A DNA stretch of 64,000 nt, from assembly GCA_910579515.1 (NCBI GenBank), contig CAJTUV010000009.1, positions 29,837 to 93,836 of the forward strand, given 5' to 3'. Below are positions 49,667 through 60,236 of this stretch, piece after piece. Each line of letters starts with the position of its first letter. Within the stretch, counting starts at the first letter, position 1. A program made the position numbers and the translations under genes. Source of the stretch: an uncultured Hungatella sp. Lineage in GTDB: Bacteria > Bacillota > Clostridia > Lachnospirales > Lachnospiraceae. The notes below the pieces were generated by a model. The model saw only the letters and a list, made by a program, of their open reading frames with translations, was not told the DNA's origin and ran no database searches.

Positions 49667-50929
49667 ATGAAAGAGAAATACGAATACATTAAGGCCGGAC
49701 TTTGGGCGAATTTGCAGTATTTTTTTAAATGGACCTTGTTATCCTGCGGAATCGGGGTCATGGGCGGCGGAGTGGGAAGTTTGTTTGGACATGGGGTCCG
49801 GCTGGCCACAGAGGCTTTCCAGACTTATTGGCAGCTGTTATTTTTACTGCCTGCGGCCGGTGTGATAATCGTATGGCTGTACCAGAGATTTCATGAGGAA
49901 AAGAACCAAGGGACCAATATGATTCTGGCTGCAATTTCCGCCAATGAGAAAATACATCTTGTTACTGGCCCTCTTATTTTTATCAGCACGATTTTAACCC
50001 ATTTGACAGGCGGATCGGCTGGAAGAGAAGGAGCGGCTCTCCAGATTGGCGGCAGTTTGGGAAGTCTTGTGGGAAAGTGGACCCAGTTAGATGAAAAGGA
50101 CCAAAGAATCGCGGTAATTTGTGGAATGAGCGCCTGTTTTGGAGCTTTGTTTGGCACACCTTTGGCTGCAGCCGTTTTTTGCATTGAGGTAGTCAGGGTA
50201 GGAGTTCTATATTCTTCTGCCCTTTTTCCCAGTGTTTTTGCCTCCTTTATCGGAGCAGGTCTTGCAAAACAGGCAGGTCTTCATGGAGAGCGCTTTACGA
50301 TTCTGGAGATTCCGGCCTTTGGTTTGCAGCCGGCGGTGGCAGTCGTGTTTTTGGGACTTTTGTGCGCTCTTGTAAGCGTGCTTTTATGTATGATTCTTCA
50401 CGGGGCAGAGCATTTGTACAAGAGATATCTTCCCAATCCCTATCTGCGAATCCTTACCGCTGGTTGTTTACTCATTGTTCTGACGTATCTTTTAGGAACC
50501 AGAGATTACAATGGAAGCAGTATGGGACTGATTGAAGAAGCTATGGCGGGAAAGGTCCGATATGAAGCCGTTATTCTAAAGGCAGTGTTCACAGCAGTAA
50601 CTCTGGGGGCTGGATATAAGGGTGGAGAAATTGTGCCTACGTTGTGCATCGGCGCCACTTTTGGCTGCGTGGTGGGAACCTTACTTGGATTTTCCCCATC
50701 TCTGTGCGCAGCCTGCTCTACAGCCGCAGTGTTTGCCGGCGTGACCAACTGTCCTCTTGCCAGCATTATGATTGCTTTTGAAATGTTTGGCTTTGAGGCT
50801 ATGCCGTATTTTGCCATTGTGGTGGCTATCAGCTTTGCCTTGTCAGGGTATTATGGACTTTACCACAGTCAGAGTTTTGTGTACTCCAAGACCCGGGCTC
50901 AGGGAATTGAGCGAAGAGTAAATGAGTAA
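49667..50929 (+). CDS. ClC-family chloride channel/transporter
   Basis: GGSAGREGA, FGTPLAA and GGEIVP. Confidence 0.9.
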   Translation: MKEKYEYIKAGLWANLQYFFKWTLLSCGIGVMGGGVGSLFGHGVRLATEAFQTYWQLLFLLPAAGVIIVWLYQRFHEEKNQGTNMILAAISANEKIHLVTGPLIFISTILTHLTGGSAGREGAALQIGGSLGSLVGKWTQLDEKDQRIAVICGMSACFGALFGTPLAAAVFCIEVVRVGVLYSSALFPSVFASFIGAGLAKQAGLHGERFTILEIPAFGLQPAVAVVFLGLLCALVSVLLCMILHGAEHLYKRYLPNPYLRILTAGCLLIVLTYLLGTRDYNGSSMGLIEEAMAGKVRYEAVILKAVFTAVTLGAGYKGGEIVPTLCIGATFGCVVGTLLGFSPSLCAACSTAAVFAGVTNCPLASIMIAFEMFGFEAMPYFAIVVAISFALSGYYGLYHSQSFVYSKTRAQGIERRVNE

Positions 50930-50933
50930 CTTT

Positions 50934-51194
50934 TTAGGAATGCTTTTTGGGCAGGAGACGAGAAATCAGAAGGAAGGCTATGCCGTATAAAAGCGTGAAA
51001 AGCCCTGTTTTGCAAAGTTCTTTTCCGATTCCTGAGTGGACGGTGTATTGAATCTGTAATTCCAGAGGCGCATCCTGATAGGGGATTCCGGCTTTAATGA
51101 CAGCATAGTAGGCGCCTATGGTGAAGATGATGAGCCCGGCTAATAGGACGGCGTTTCCCAGGCGGCAAAGGAAATTCTTTATTTTTTCTGTCAT
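50934..51194 (-). CDS. Small membrane protein (2 TM)
   Basis: Two hydrophobic segments around GIPYQD; AGAAAGGA RBS. Confidence 0.65.
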   Translation of the reverse strand: MTEKIKNFLCRLGNAVLLAGLIIFTIGAYYAVIKAGIPYQDAPLELQIQYTVHSGIGKELCKTGLFTLLYGIAFLLISRLLPKKHS

Positions 51195-51318
51195 AATCGG
51201 TCCTTTCTTGACGGTTTGAAATGGTGGGGAGCAGCATATTTTGTGCTCCCCTTTCGTATTATATCAGCTTTTGTGCGGAATCACAAATGAAAAGTATATC
51301 AAGGGGGGAGGTGTTTTT

Positions 51319-52146
51319 ATGACGAACAGAATCGAAATCACAGATTTCATGGATTCCAATCTGGATATTTATGCCAGGCTGTCGGAAAATCAGCTTCTCC
51401 ATTATGATGAGCCCAAGGCTGGTCTTTTTCTTGCAGAGAGTCCAAAAGTGATAAACAGAAGCTTGGATGCAGGGTATGAACCTGTTTCTGTTCTGGTGGA
51501 TATGGATCAGACGGACGAAGAGACAAAAGCGGTCATAAGCCGGTGCGGGAATTTGCCGGTTTATACAGCGAATACGTCCCTGCTTTCTAAGCTGACAGGC
51601 TTTCCCATGACCAGAGGGCTTTTGTGTGCCATGAGGCGAAAAGAACTGCCTGCTGTTTCACAGATTTGCGAGAATGCCAGGCGGATTGTGGTGCTGGAGC
51701 GGGTGATGAACCCTACCAATGTGGGAGCCATTTTCCGATCTGCGGCGGCTTTGAATATGGATGCAGTTCTTTTGACGCCAGGCTGCAGCGACCCTCTGTA
51801 TCGAAGGGCGGCGAGGGTGAGTATGGGAACCGTGTTTCAGATACCGTGGACATTTTTTGAAACAGACAAATCCTGGCCTGAGAAAGGCATGGATTGTTTA
51901 AAGCGGATGGGGTTTGAGACGGCGGCTATGGCTTTGAAAGAGGATTCTATCGGAATCGAAGATGAGAGACTAAGTAAGGCCCACCGCCTGGCCCTGGTGC
52001 TGGGGACAGAGGGGGAGGGCTTGGCGGAAAAAACGATTGCAAGGTGTGATTATACGGTGCGCATCCCGATGTCCCACGGAGTGGATTCCCTGAATGTGGC
52101 GGCTGCAAGCGCGGTGGCGTTTTGGCAGTTGGGGAGAGGAAGGTAA
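51319..52146 (+). CDS. TrmH/SpoU-family RNA methyltransferase
   Basis: NPTNVGAIFRSA, GTEGEGL and DSLNVAAA. Confidence 0.9.
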   Translation: MTNRIEITDFMDSNLDIYARLSENQLLHYDEPKAGLFLAESPKVINRSLDAGYEPVSVLVDMDQTDEETKAVISRCGNLPVYTANTSLLSKLTGFPMTRGLLCAMRRKELPAVSQICENARRIVVLERVMNPTNVGAIFRSAAALNMDAVLLTPGCSDPLYRRAARVSMGTVFQIPWTFFETDKSWPEKGMDCLKRMGFETAAMALKEDSIGIEDERLSKAHRLALVLGTEGEGLAEKTIARCDYTVRIPMSHGVDSLNVAAASAVAFWQLGRGR

Positions 52147-52177
52147 GTGAACCTCTGATATCACAATGGGCTGCCAA

Positions 52178-53062
52178 TCAGCGTTCCAATTCCCGAATAA
52201 AGGCAAGGGGCGTCACATGATATTTTTTCTTAAAGGCCCTGTGAAAATAAGAGAGATTGTGAAAACCTACGGAAAGAGAAACCTCAAGAATGGAAGAATT
52301 TCCCTGTTCAAACAGTTCTACAGATTTCTCCAGACGTAGGTTATTTAAGTACTCCACACAAGTCATACCCATATGCTTTTTGAAAAAGCGCATAAAATGA
52401 TAATCGCTGAAAAAGCAAAGACGGGCCAGCTCGGAGATGGAAATGGAGTCTGGGTAATGAAGCTCAATATAGTCCAGGACGGCTTTCAGCTTTTCCGAAG
52501 AAACTTTAGCGTCAGGGGCGACGGTCTTTGTCCTGTATGGAAGCAGAAGAAAGACTGTCTGCAAAAATAAGGATTTTAAGGCCAGCTCATAGCCAAAGGC
52601 AGCCTGATTGTAGTAGGAAGTAATCTGGACAAACATGGTTTTGAGTGCATTATAAACAGGATGGTCTGGGGTTATGAGACAGGGCATGGAAAACTCCTGA
52701 TTCATCATGGGGAGGAGATAGCGGGTGGTACAGACATCAGTGGAATTTCCTCCCAGAAAATTCAGATGAAACACATAGGTTTCTGACATCAGTTCTTCCT
52801 GGCTGACTAATAGAACGGAGTGAAGAAACAGCGGAGGAATGAGTAACAAATCTCCTGCATTCACTTCATAGTCTGCCAGATTAATCTGGTAAAGGCAGCT
52901 TCCCTTAGTGACGAGGGTAAATTCTGCCTCTTCGTGCCAGTGGGTGGTGACTACCGGATAGTCTGAATTTAGTTTGGTGATGTATTTTTGAACAGGAAAA
53001 AAGGCTTCTCCATGCTTGGCGTTTTCTTTTTGTTCTAAGGCCAGAGACCGAAGTTTATTCAT
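52178..53062 (-). CDS. AraC-family regulator with a cupin sensor domain
   Basis: HWHEEAE; C-terminal HTH (FMRFFKK, GFHNLSYF). Confidence 0.92.
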   Translation of the reverse strand: MNKLRSLALEQKENAKHGEAFFPVQKYITKLNSDYPVVTTHWHEEAEFTLVTKGSCLYQINLADYEVNAGDLLLIPPLFLHSVLLVSQEELMSETYVFHLNFLGGNSTDVCTTRYLLPMMNQEFSMPCLITPDHPVYNALKTMFVQITSYYNQAAFGYELALKSLFLQTVFLLLPYRTKTVAPDAKVSSEKLKAVLDYIELHYPDSISISELARLCFFSDYHFMRFFKKHMGMTCVEYLNNLRLEKSVELFEQGNSSILEVSLSVGFHNLSYFHRAFKKKYHVTPLAFIRELER

Positions 53063-53231
53063 AGTTTCTCCTTGTTTAAACTGTAAAAGAGCAGTATTGT
53101 GTTATAAGATGAAAAAATATTGCAAGAAAAATCGGGTATTATAGGCTATAATCGCAGTATAATGCAAGATGAACTTGATAGCAAGGAGAAATTCAAATAA
53201 GAACGATAAACGAGGAAGAGAGGCTTGGGAA

Positions 53232-54914
53232 ATGAAAAGAGTGTGGTGGAAGGACAAAATAGCGTATCAGATTTATCCAAAAAGTTTTTTGGATACGAAT
53301 GGAGATGGAATCGGAGATCTGCAGGGAATCATCTCAAAGCTTGATTATTTAAAAGAATTGGGAATTGATTTAATCTGGCTGTCGCCTATTTACAAGTCTC
53401 CTTTTATAGACCAGGGCTATGACATTGCGGATTATTATGCGATCGCAGAAGAGTTTGGCACAATGGAGGACTTTGATGAACTGTTGGCAGAGACAAAAAA
53501 GCGGGACATGTACCTGATTATGGATTTGGTCATCAATCATTGTTCTGACCAGCATGAGTGGTTTCAGAAGGCTCTAAAAGACCCAGAAGGAGAGTATGGG
53601 AAGTATTTCTACATTCGTGAGGGGAAGGACGGAAATTTGCCCAGTAATTACCGCTCCTATTTTGGCGGAAGCTGCTGGGAACCGATTCCTGGAACAAACA
53701 AGTACTATTTTCACATGTTTGCAAAGGAACAGCCAGATTTAAACTGGGAGAATCCAAAGCTTCGCCAGGAGCTATACAATATGATTAACTGGTGGCTGGA
53801 AAAGGGGTTGGCAGGCTTCCGCATCGACGCCATTATCAACATTAAGAAGGATGTAAATTTCCCTGACTTTGAGCCGGACGGAAGGGACAATCTGGCAAGC
53901 TGCTGGAAGATGGTGGAGAGCGTGGAAGGGGTAGGAGAATTTTTGGATGACCTAAAGAAACATACCTTCCAGAAGTATGACGCCTTTACAGTGGGAGAAG
54001 TTTTTAATATAAAAGAAGGCCAGTTAGAGAATTTTATTGGCGATGACGGATATTTTTCCACGATTTTTGACTTCAGCGCCCATTGCTTAAGCGACGGCGG
54101 GCACGGCTGGTACGATGCGCCAAAGCCGGATTTTAAGAGCTGGAGGAAGGCGATTATCGATTCCCAGCTTAAAGTGCAGGAGTGCGGATTTGAGGCTAAT
54201 ATTATTGAGAACCACGACGAGCCCAGAGGTGTGTCCCGCTTTTTGCCTGTTTATGCTCAAAATCCTGCTGGGGCAAAAATGCTTGGAACGGTAAACGTTC
54301 TGCTTTGGGGAATCCCATTCCTTTATCAGGGGCAGGAAATCGGGATGGAGAATGCAGAGTGGAACAGCCTGGACGAGTTTGACGATATCAGCACCAAAGA
54401 CCAGTATCAGGTGGCGAGAGCGGCAGGGCTTTCTGAGAAGGAGGCTTTAGAGGTCTGCGCCAGAATGAGCAGGGATAATGCCAGAACGCCTATGCAGTGG
54501 AGCAAAGAGGCGTTTGCAGGATTCACCACCAAAACGCCATGGCTCAAGGTGAATGAAAACTATAAGAGGATCAATGTGGCGAGTCAGGAACAGGATAGAA
54601 ACTCGGTATTAAATTATTACAGAAGACTTTTGGCTTTGCGAAAATCTTCAGAATACAAAGAAGTATTGACTTACGGGAAGTTTGTTCCTGAGTATGAGGA
54701 AACAGAGACGATTATGGCATATTACAGGGTGACAGAAGAGAAGCGGATGCTCATAATCGCAAATTTTGGGGCAGAGGAGGAGAAAGTAACGCTTTCTTAT
54801 CCGTGTAAAAAAATGGTTTTATCCAATGAGGAGAACTGGGAGGCACATGAAAGTGAGCTGGGGACAGTTCTGAACTTGAAAAGCTGTCAGACGGTGGTTT
54901 TGGAGTGTGAATAA
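53232..54914 (+). CDS. GH13 alpha-glucosidase / oligo-1,6-glucosidase
   Basis: YQIYPKSF, DLVINH, FRIDAI, GEV, NHDEPR and RDNARTPMQW. Confidence 0.93.
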   Translation: MKRVWWKDKIAYQIYPKSFLDTNGDGIGDLQGIISKLDYLKELGIDLIWLSPIYKSPFIDQGYDIADYYAIAEEFGTMEDFDELLAETKKRDMYLIMDLVINHCSDQHEWFQKALKDPEGEYGKYFYIREGKDGNLPSNYRSYFGGSCWEPIPGTNKYYFHMFAKEQPDLNWENPKLRQELYNMINWWLEKGLAGFRIDAIINIKKDVNFPDFEPDGRDNLASCWKMVESVEGVGEFLDDLKKHTFQKYDAFTVGEVFNIKEGQLENFIGDDGYFSTIFDFSAHCLSDGGHGWYDAPKPDFKSWRKAIIDSQLKVQECGFEANIIENHDEPRGVSRFLPVYAQNPAGAKMLGTVNVLLWGIPFLYQGQEIGMENAEWNSLDEFDDISTKDQYQVARAAGLSEKEALEVCARMSRDNARTPMQWSKEAFAGFTTKTPWLKVNENYKRINVASQEQDRNSVLNYYRRLLALRKSSEYKEVLTYGKFVPEYEETETIMAYYRVTEEKRMLIIANFGAEEEKVTLSYPCKKMVLSNEENWEAHESELGTVLNLKSCQTVVLECE

Positions 54915-54963
54915 GGGAAAACAAGTAGCCGCCACTATTCCTAGTGACGGCTTGCTTATGGTG

Positions 54964-55326
54964 CTACATCGGTGTTCCTACTTCAATCAAATTACCATCC
55001 AAATCATAAAAACGGATTACTTTTTGTCCCCAACTGTGTGTCATAAGTTTATTAACATATTGAATTGAGGGATAAGACAGTTCCAGCTTTTCAACAAATG
55101 CCTCGATATCTTGTTCTTCAAAATATAATTCACAAGAATTACTTTTAGGGATAATATCCTTTCCTAAAAACTTTTTCCAAATTTTTTCGTCTTGAAGCAC
55201 AAGGCCTTCCGTTAAAATCATATTACCGTCATTGTCAAGTACTAAATCAAGACCAAACAGGTCATTGTAAAATTGTTTTGATTTCTCAATATCTTTAACA
55301 ACAATTAAAATGTTCTTTAATTTCAT
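54964..55326 (-). CDS. VOC/glyoxalase family protein
   Basis: VKDIEKSKQFY and WGQ..RFYDLDGNLIEV. Confidence 0.85.
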   Translation of the reverse strand: MKLKNILIVVKDIEKSKQFYNDLFGLDLVLDNDGNMILTEGLVLQDEKIWKKFLGKDIIPKSNSCELYFEEQDIEAFVEKLELSYPSIQYVNKLMTHSWGQKVIRFYDLDGNLIEVGTPM

Positions 55327-55439
55327 AGTATTAAGGATTTCAAACTTTCTTTTCTCTTTCTTCTAAAAATGGGCAATCCTATTAAGGACTGCCCATTCAT
55401 TCTGCTGATTATGCGATTTTTTCGCTCTGTATCATCATC

Positions 55440-57377
55440 TTAATAGAGCTTCGCACCTGCTGGAATATGGTCATCAACCATCAGAAGGTTTAGCCCTTCT
55501 CTGCCGTCTTCCTCGTGTACGGCTGAAATCAGCATACCCTCGGAGTCAATGCCCATCATCTTTCTTGGAGGCAGATTTACGATTGCGATTGCAGTCTTTC
55601 CAACAAGTTCTTCCGGCTCATAATACTCGTGAATACCGCTTAAAATCACACGGTCTTTGCGTTCGCCGTCGTCTAATGTAAACTTGAGAAGCTTCTTTGA
55701 CTTCGGTACTGCTTCGCAAGCTAAAATTTTAACTGCTCTGAAATCAGACTTCGCAAATGTATCAAAATCAACCGTTTCCTCAAAGATTGGCTCAATCTTT
55801 ACATTTGAGAAATCAATCTTTTCCGGTGATTCAGAAGCTGATTTTTTTACATCATTTTTCTTATTTACACCATCTAAGGACTTCATTGTCGGGAACAACA
55901 ACACGTCTCGTATAGCCGGTGAGTTGGTAAGCAGCATCACCAGTCTGTCAATCCCATATCCAATTCCGCCAGTTGGCGGCATTCCAATCTCCAGGGCGTT
56001 TAAGAAGTCTTCGTCTGTATGGTTGGCTTCCTCGTCTCCGGCGGCAAAGGCAGCCTCCTGTGCGGCAAAACGCTCCCTCTGGTCAATGGGATCGTTTAAC
56101 TCAGAGTAGGCATTGCACATTTCCCGTCCGTAGATAAACAATTCAAACCGCTCCACATGATCTGGTTTGTCTGGTTTTTTCTTTGTCAGAGGAGAAACTT
56201 CCAAGGGATGATCCATGATAAAGGTAGGCTGAATTAAATGCTCCTCTACAAACTCCTCAAAGAACAGATTGATGATATCGCCTCGGCTGTGCCTTGGTTC
56301 ATATTGGATTTCTTTTTCATCCGCCAGCTTTTTGGCCTCCTCTGTGGTTGTCACCTCATCAAAGTCAATCCCTGTATATTTTTTAATGGCATCCACCATG
56401 GTCAGGCGCTCAAAAGGCTTTCCTAAATCAATCTCCACCTCAGCGTAGGGGATTGTGGTGGTACCGCAGACCTCTTTTGCCACATGGCGGAACATATTTT
56501 CCGTCAAATCCATCATACCAAAGTAGTCTGTGTAGGCCTGATATAATTCCATCAGGGTAAACTCCGGGTTATGTCTCGTATCCAGACCTTCATTGCGGAA
56601 TACTCGGCCGATTTCGTAGACACGCTCCATGCCGCCTACAATCAGCCTCTTTAAGTACAGCTCCAGGGAAATACGCAGCTTCACATCCTCGTCGAGAGCA
56701 TTGTAATGGGTCTCAAACGGTCTGGCAGCAGCACCGCCTGCATTGCTCACCAGCATAGGAGTCTCCACTTCTAAAAATCCTAAATCGTCTAAATAGCGGC
56801 GGATGGAGCTGATAATTTTAGAACGCATTACAAAGGTATTTCGAACCTCCTGATTCATAATCAGGTCTGTGTAACGCTGACGATAGCGCATATCTGTGTT
56901 GGTCAGACCATGGTATTTTTCAGGAAGAACCTGGAGGCTCTTGGAAAGCAGGGTGATAGAAGAAGCGTGAAGGGAAATCTCGCCGGTTTTTGTTTTGAAT
57001 ACGGTTCCTGTCAGACCGATGATGTCTCCGATATCCATTTTCTTAAAATCTTTGTAGGCTTCCTCGCCAACACTGTCTCTTGCCACATAGGACTGGAGGT
57101 TTCCCTTTAAATCCTGAACATTGCAGAAAGAGGCTTTGCCCATGACACGTTTGGACATCATGCGCCCTGCAATGGAGACTTCTTTTCCTTCCCATTGCTC
57201 GTAATCTTCCCTTACGTCTGTGCTGTGAACCGTCACGTCATATTTCGTAATCTGAAACGGATCCTTTCCTGCTGCCTGTAACTCTGCCAGTTTGTCTCGG
57301 CGGACTTTCAGAAGCTGATTGAGCTCTTCCTGAGTCTGAGGCCGGTTTTCTGCCTGATTCTGATTCTGCTCTGCCAC
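55440..57377 (-). CDS. lysS: Lysine--tRNA ligase (class II) with a fused C-terminal tRNA-binding (Trbp111/MetG-C-like) OB domain
   Basis: RYRQRY, FRNEG, HNPEFT and GMPPTGG.GIDR; then [27 protein letters not shown]. Confidence 0.96.
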   Translation of the reverse strand: MAEQNQNQAENRPQTQEELNQLLKVRRDKLAELQAAGKDPFQITKYDVTVHSTDVREDYEQWEGKEVSIAGRMMSKRVMGKASFCNVQDLKGNLQSYVARDSVGEEAYKDFKKMDIGDIIGLTGTVFKTKTGEISLHASSITLLSKSLQVLPEKYHGLTNTDMRYRQRYTDLIMNQEVRNTFVMRSKIISSIRRYLDDLGFLEVETPMLVSNAGGAAARPFETHYNALDEDVKLRISLELYLKRLIVGGMERVYEIGRVFRNEGLDTRHNPEFTLMELYQAYTDYFGMMDLTENMFRHVAKEVCGTTTIPYAEVEIDLGKPFERLTMVDAIKKYTGIDFDEVTTTEEAKKLADEKEIQYEPRHSRGDIINLFFEEFVEEHLIQPTFIMDHPLEVSPLTKKKPDKPDHVERFELFIYGREMCNAYSELNDPIDQRERFAAQEAAFAAGDEEANHTDEDFLNALEIGMPPTGGIGYGIDRLVMLLTNSPAIRDVLLFPTMKSLDGVNKKNDVKKSASESPEKIDFSNVKIEPIFEETVDFDTFAKSDFRAVKILACEAVPKSKKLLKFTLDDGERKDRVILSGIHEYYEPEELVGKTAIAIVNLPPRKMMGIDSEGMLISAVHEEDGREGLNLLMVDDHIPAGAKLY

Positions 57378-57401
57378 GTTTTCCTCTCCTTTGCCTTTTC
57401 C

Positions 57402-57884
57402 TTATGATACTCTTTGAATTTCCAGTACTTTATATTGAATGACTCCGATCTGAGTCTCCACATCCACAATATCGCCTACTTTTTTGCCAAGAAGAGCTCT
57501 GCCAACCGGAGACTCATTGGAAATCTTATTCTGAAGGCTGTTTGCTTCCGTGGAACCTACAATCCGAAATTCCATCTCCTCGTCCTCTTCAATCTCGAAG
57601 ACCTTCACTTTACAGCCTACATTGATTTTTTCCAAGTCAATTTCATCTTCCACAACAACTTCTGCATTCTTTAGCAGTTTTTCCAGTTCCTCTATCCGCA
57701 GCTCAATGTCTCTCTGCTCATCCTTCGCAGCATCGTATTCAGCATTTTCAGATAAATCGCCCTGTTCTCTTGCCTCTTTGATTTTCTGGGCGACTTCCTT
57801 TCGGCGGTAGACCTTCAGATTCTGGAGTTCATCTTCATACTGTTTCAGTCCTGCATACGTCAAAATGTTTTTTTTCTCGGCCAT
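57402..57884 (-). CDS. greA: Transcription elongation factor GreA
   Basis: GDLSENAEYDAAK and ISNESPVG. Confidence 0.97.
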   Translation of the reverse strand: MAEKKNILTYAGLKQYEDELQNLKVYRRKEVAQKIKEAREQGDLSENAEYDAAKDEQRDIELRIEELEKLLKNAEVVVEDEIDLEKINVGCKVKVFEIEEDEEMEFRIVGSTEANSLQNKISNESPVGRALLGKKVGDIVDVETQIGVIQYKVLEIQRVS

Positions 57885-58089
57885 AATACTTGTTACCTTC
57901 CTTTTACTTTCCTAAATATTTCTGAAAATTAAGCTTTTCTTACTCCCCCCAAACTTTATGTTCAAGACATTATATCCCAAACCGTATCTGTTGTCAAGAA
58001 TCAGAGAAAAAGCCTGCCAGTTTTTGGTGGAGACCAGGTTACTGTCACATAAACGGTAACATGGAAACAGGCAGACTTTCCGTTCAATA

Positions 58090-59436
58090 TTAAGAAGAAA
58101 AAAGATTTTTTTGCGCAGGACCATTTTTTAAATGTCCCTGACAGTCAAAACGGGACCCATGACAGGGACATTCCCATGTATTTTCAGAAGGATTCCATAC
58201 CAGTTTGCACCCCAAGTGAGGGCAGCGAAGATTTTGTGGACCAATACCTGACAGAAGACCTTTTCCAGATTCCATGGCGTGGGTGAGAAATTCCATAGCA
58301 GACGCTCTGACGTGATGGCGCATGGGGCTGAACAGGTTTTCGTATACAGAAGAATGTCCGCAGATTAAATCAGTCAGAAGATGAGCGGATATCATGGAGG
58401 AGGTCATTCCCCATTTTTGAAATCCTGTGGCCACATACCAGTGAGGACTTTGAGACGAAAACCTTCCAATATAAGGAATGTGATCTAGCGTTATACAGTC
58501 CTGAGCAGACCAATGGCCCTGTATTTTAGAAGAAGGGTACAAAAAATGAGAGGTCCGGCGAAGGGCCTGATACGGATTCTGAACAGATTTTCCAGTGCGG
58601 TGTCCATATCCGCCGACTAAAAGAAGATCTTTTGCAGAGCGGAAGGAAAGGCCGTTTTTGTCAATGCCTAAATACATATCCTTAAGAGTTTGAGCGTTTG
58701 ACAAGGCCAAAACGTAGCTGCGTTTCTGATACATTTTTAGAAAATAGTATCCGGGAATCAGGGGGAAAGGATAGTGACATGCAAAGACCACGTCCTTTGC
58801 AAACACATTTCCATAAGGAGTAGATAAAATTTGCTGATGTTTGTCCTGCTTTACCGTGCGGACAGGAGTTTTTTCATAAATTGTCAAAAGTGAGGAGACA
58901 GCCTCCAGAAACTTCAGGGGATGAAACTGGGCCTGGTTAGGGAAGTGTATCGCGCCTTTTACAGAAAAAGGAAGTTCTGTCTCCTTTGAAAACTGGGAGA
59001 GAATGCCAGCCTCCATAGCGGCTTTCGATTCTCTCTGGAGACAGGCAGAGTCAGAAACCGAGTATAAGCAGGCAGAACATTTTTTAAAATCACAAAAGAT
59101 AGAACGCGCGCGAATCAGACGTTCATATTCCAGAATTGCCTTCTGATTGGCAGAGGCGTAGAGTCTCGCCTCTTTTTTTCCGATGGTATTTTGGAGACGC
59201 TCATAAATGAGTCCATGCTGTGATGTAATTTTGGCGGTTGTTCCAGAGGTTTGGCCGCTGCCGATGCGGTCTGCCTCTAAAACCACAGTCTGCTTTCCAG
59301 CCTGTGACAGATAATAGGCAGTCAAAATTCCGGCCAGTCCCCCGCCGATGACAGCTGTGTCAACTGTTAAATTTCCTGGCAGATGATTTCTGGCAGGAAT
59401 TACGACAGATTCATTCCAGATTGTTTTCATAGTCAT
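58090..59436 (-). CDS. FAD-dependent oxidoreductase with a C-terminal Rieske domain (YhfW-like)
   Basis: VIGGGLAG, GTTAKIT, WSAQD, CPHLGC and CPCHGS. Confidence 0.88.
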   Translation of the reverse strand: MTMKTIWNESVVIPARNHLPGNLTVDTAVIGGGLAGILTAYYLSQAGKQTVVLEADRIGSGQTSGTTAKITSQHGLIYERLQNTIGKKEARLYASANQKAILEYERLIRARSIFCDFKKCSACLYSVSDSACLQRESKAAMEAGILSQFSKETELPFSVKGAIHFPNQAQFHPLKFLEAVSSLLTIYEKTPVRTVKQDKHQQILSTPYGNVFAKDVVFACHYPFPLIPGYYFLKMYQKRSYVLALSNAQTLKDMYLGIDKNGLSFRSAKDLLLVGGYGHRTGKSVQNPYQALRRTSHFLYPSSKIQGHWSAQDCITLDHIPYIGRFSSQSPHWYVATGFQKWGMTSSMISAHLLTDLICGHSSVYENLFSPMRHHVRASAMEFLTHAMESGKGLLSGIGPQNLRCPHLGCKLVWNPSENTWECPCHGSRFDCQGHLKNGPAQKNLFSS

Positions 59437-59458
59437 TCACCTCAATATTAGAGTGTGC

Positions 59459-59486
59459 ACACAATGTCCTATTCATACATAACATA
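59459..59486 (+). promoter_or_regulatory. SigmaK-like promoter
   Basis: ACA-N16-CATAACATA upstream of the Cys-rich gene. Confidence 0.55.
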
Positions 59487-59522
59487 TAGTACAAACCTGA
59501 AAAAAAGAGGAGAAACAAAAAA

Positions 59523-60014
59523 ATGTGTTTAATTTGTGGATGTAACCCTTGTAGATGTTGCCGTAATAATGGCTGTAATAATGGAAATAACAACAACTGT
59601 ACCTGTCACTGCCATTGCACCTGTAACTGCACTGGAAATAATGGAAACAATGGAAATAATAACTGTAATTGCGGTTGCGGCAATAATAACTGCAACTGTG
59701 GCTGCAACAATAATGCCAACAACAACTGTAATTGCAACTGCTGCAACTGTAATTGTAATTGCTGCAATAATGGAAACAATGCAGGCAATGCGAACCGTCC
59801 TTGCTGCTGCCGCCGCAAATGCTTTAAAGTGTGCAGATGGTATTGCCAGAACTGCCCAAACAACTGTGGCTGCGCAGGCGCTGACAATGCTCCTGGCTGT
59901 GATTTCCGCCCTGGTTGCCCGAACCCATGGGAGCCCATGCCGCTTGCAAGAGATGAGGACTGTGGCTGCGGCGTATCCACTACCAGCCTGAATGACAAGG
60001 AAACATGCGAGTAG
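59523..60014 (+). CDS. Cys/Asn-rich low-complexity protein, probable spore coat/exosporium component
   Basis: About 41 Cys in 163 aa, in CNC/CGC runs; AGAGGAG RBS; downstream terminator hairpin. Confidence 0.7.
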   Translation: MCLICGCNPCRCCRNNGCNNGNNNNCTCHCHCTCNCTGNNGNNGNNNCNCGCGNNNCNCGCNNNANNNCNCNCCNCNCNCCNNGNNAGNANRPCCCRRKCFKVCRWYCQNCPNNCGCAGADNAPGCDFRPGCPNPWEPMPLARDEDCGCGVSTTSLNDKETCE

Positions 60015-60163
60015 TGTCTGCGAATCCATTAGGATAGCTGAATACAGGGGATGGGGTGGTCTATAAAGGCCGCCCCATTTTGGTATGAGCAAAAATTATC
60101 TTAATTTTATGGAATTACCTATTGCAAATCACCAAAGAACGTGGTAAGGTATAACTACAAGGA

Positions 60164-60197
60164 ATTTGTATACAAATATGTAAGTTTGTATACAAAC
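60164..60197. promoter_or_regulatory. Tandem GntR/FadR-type palindromic operators
   Basis: ATTTGTATACAAAT (60164-60177) and GTTTGTATACAAAC (60184-60197). Confidence 0.7.
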
Positions 60198-60236
60198 AAA
60201 ACCATCCATTAACATGAAGAAAAGGAGAAGGAAAAC

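Noticed and set aside
59529..60092. Alternative-frame ORFs (187, 151 and 130 aa) over the Cys-rich gene
   Set aside because: These are by-products of low-complexity codon repeats; only the 59523 frame has a well-placed RBS and promoter
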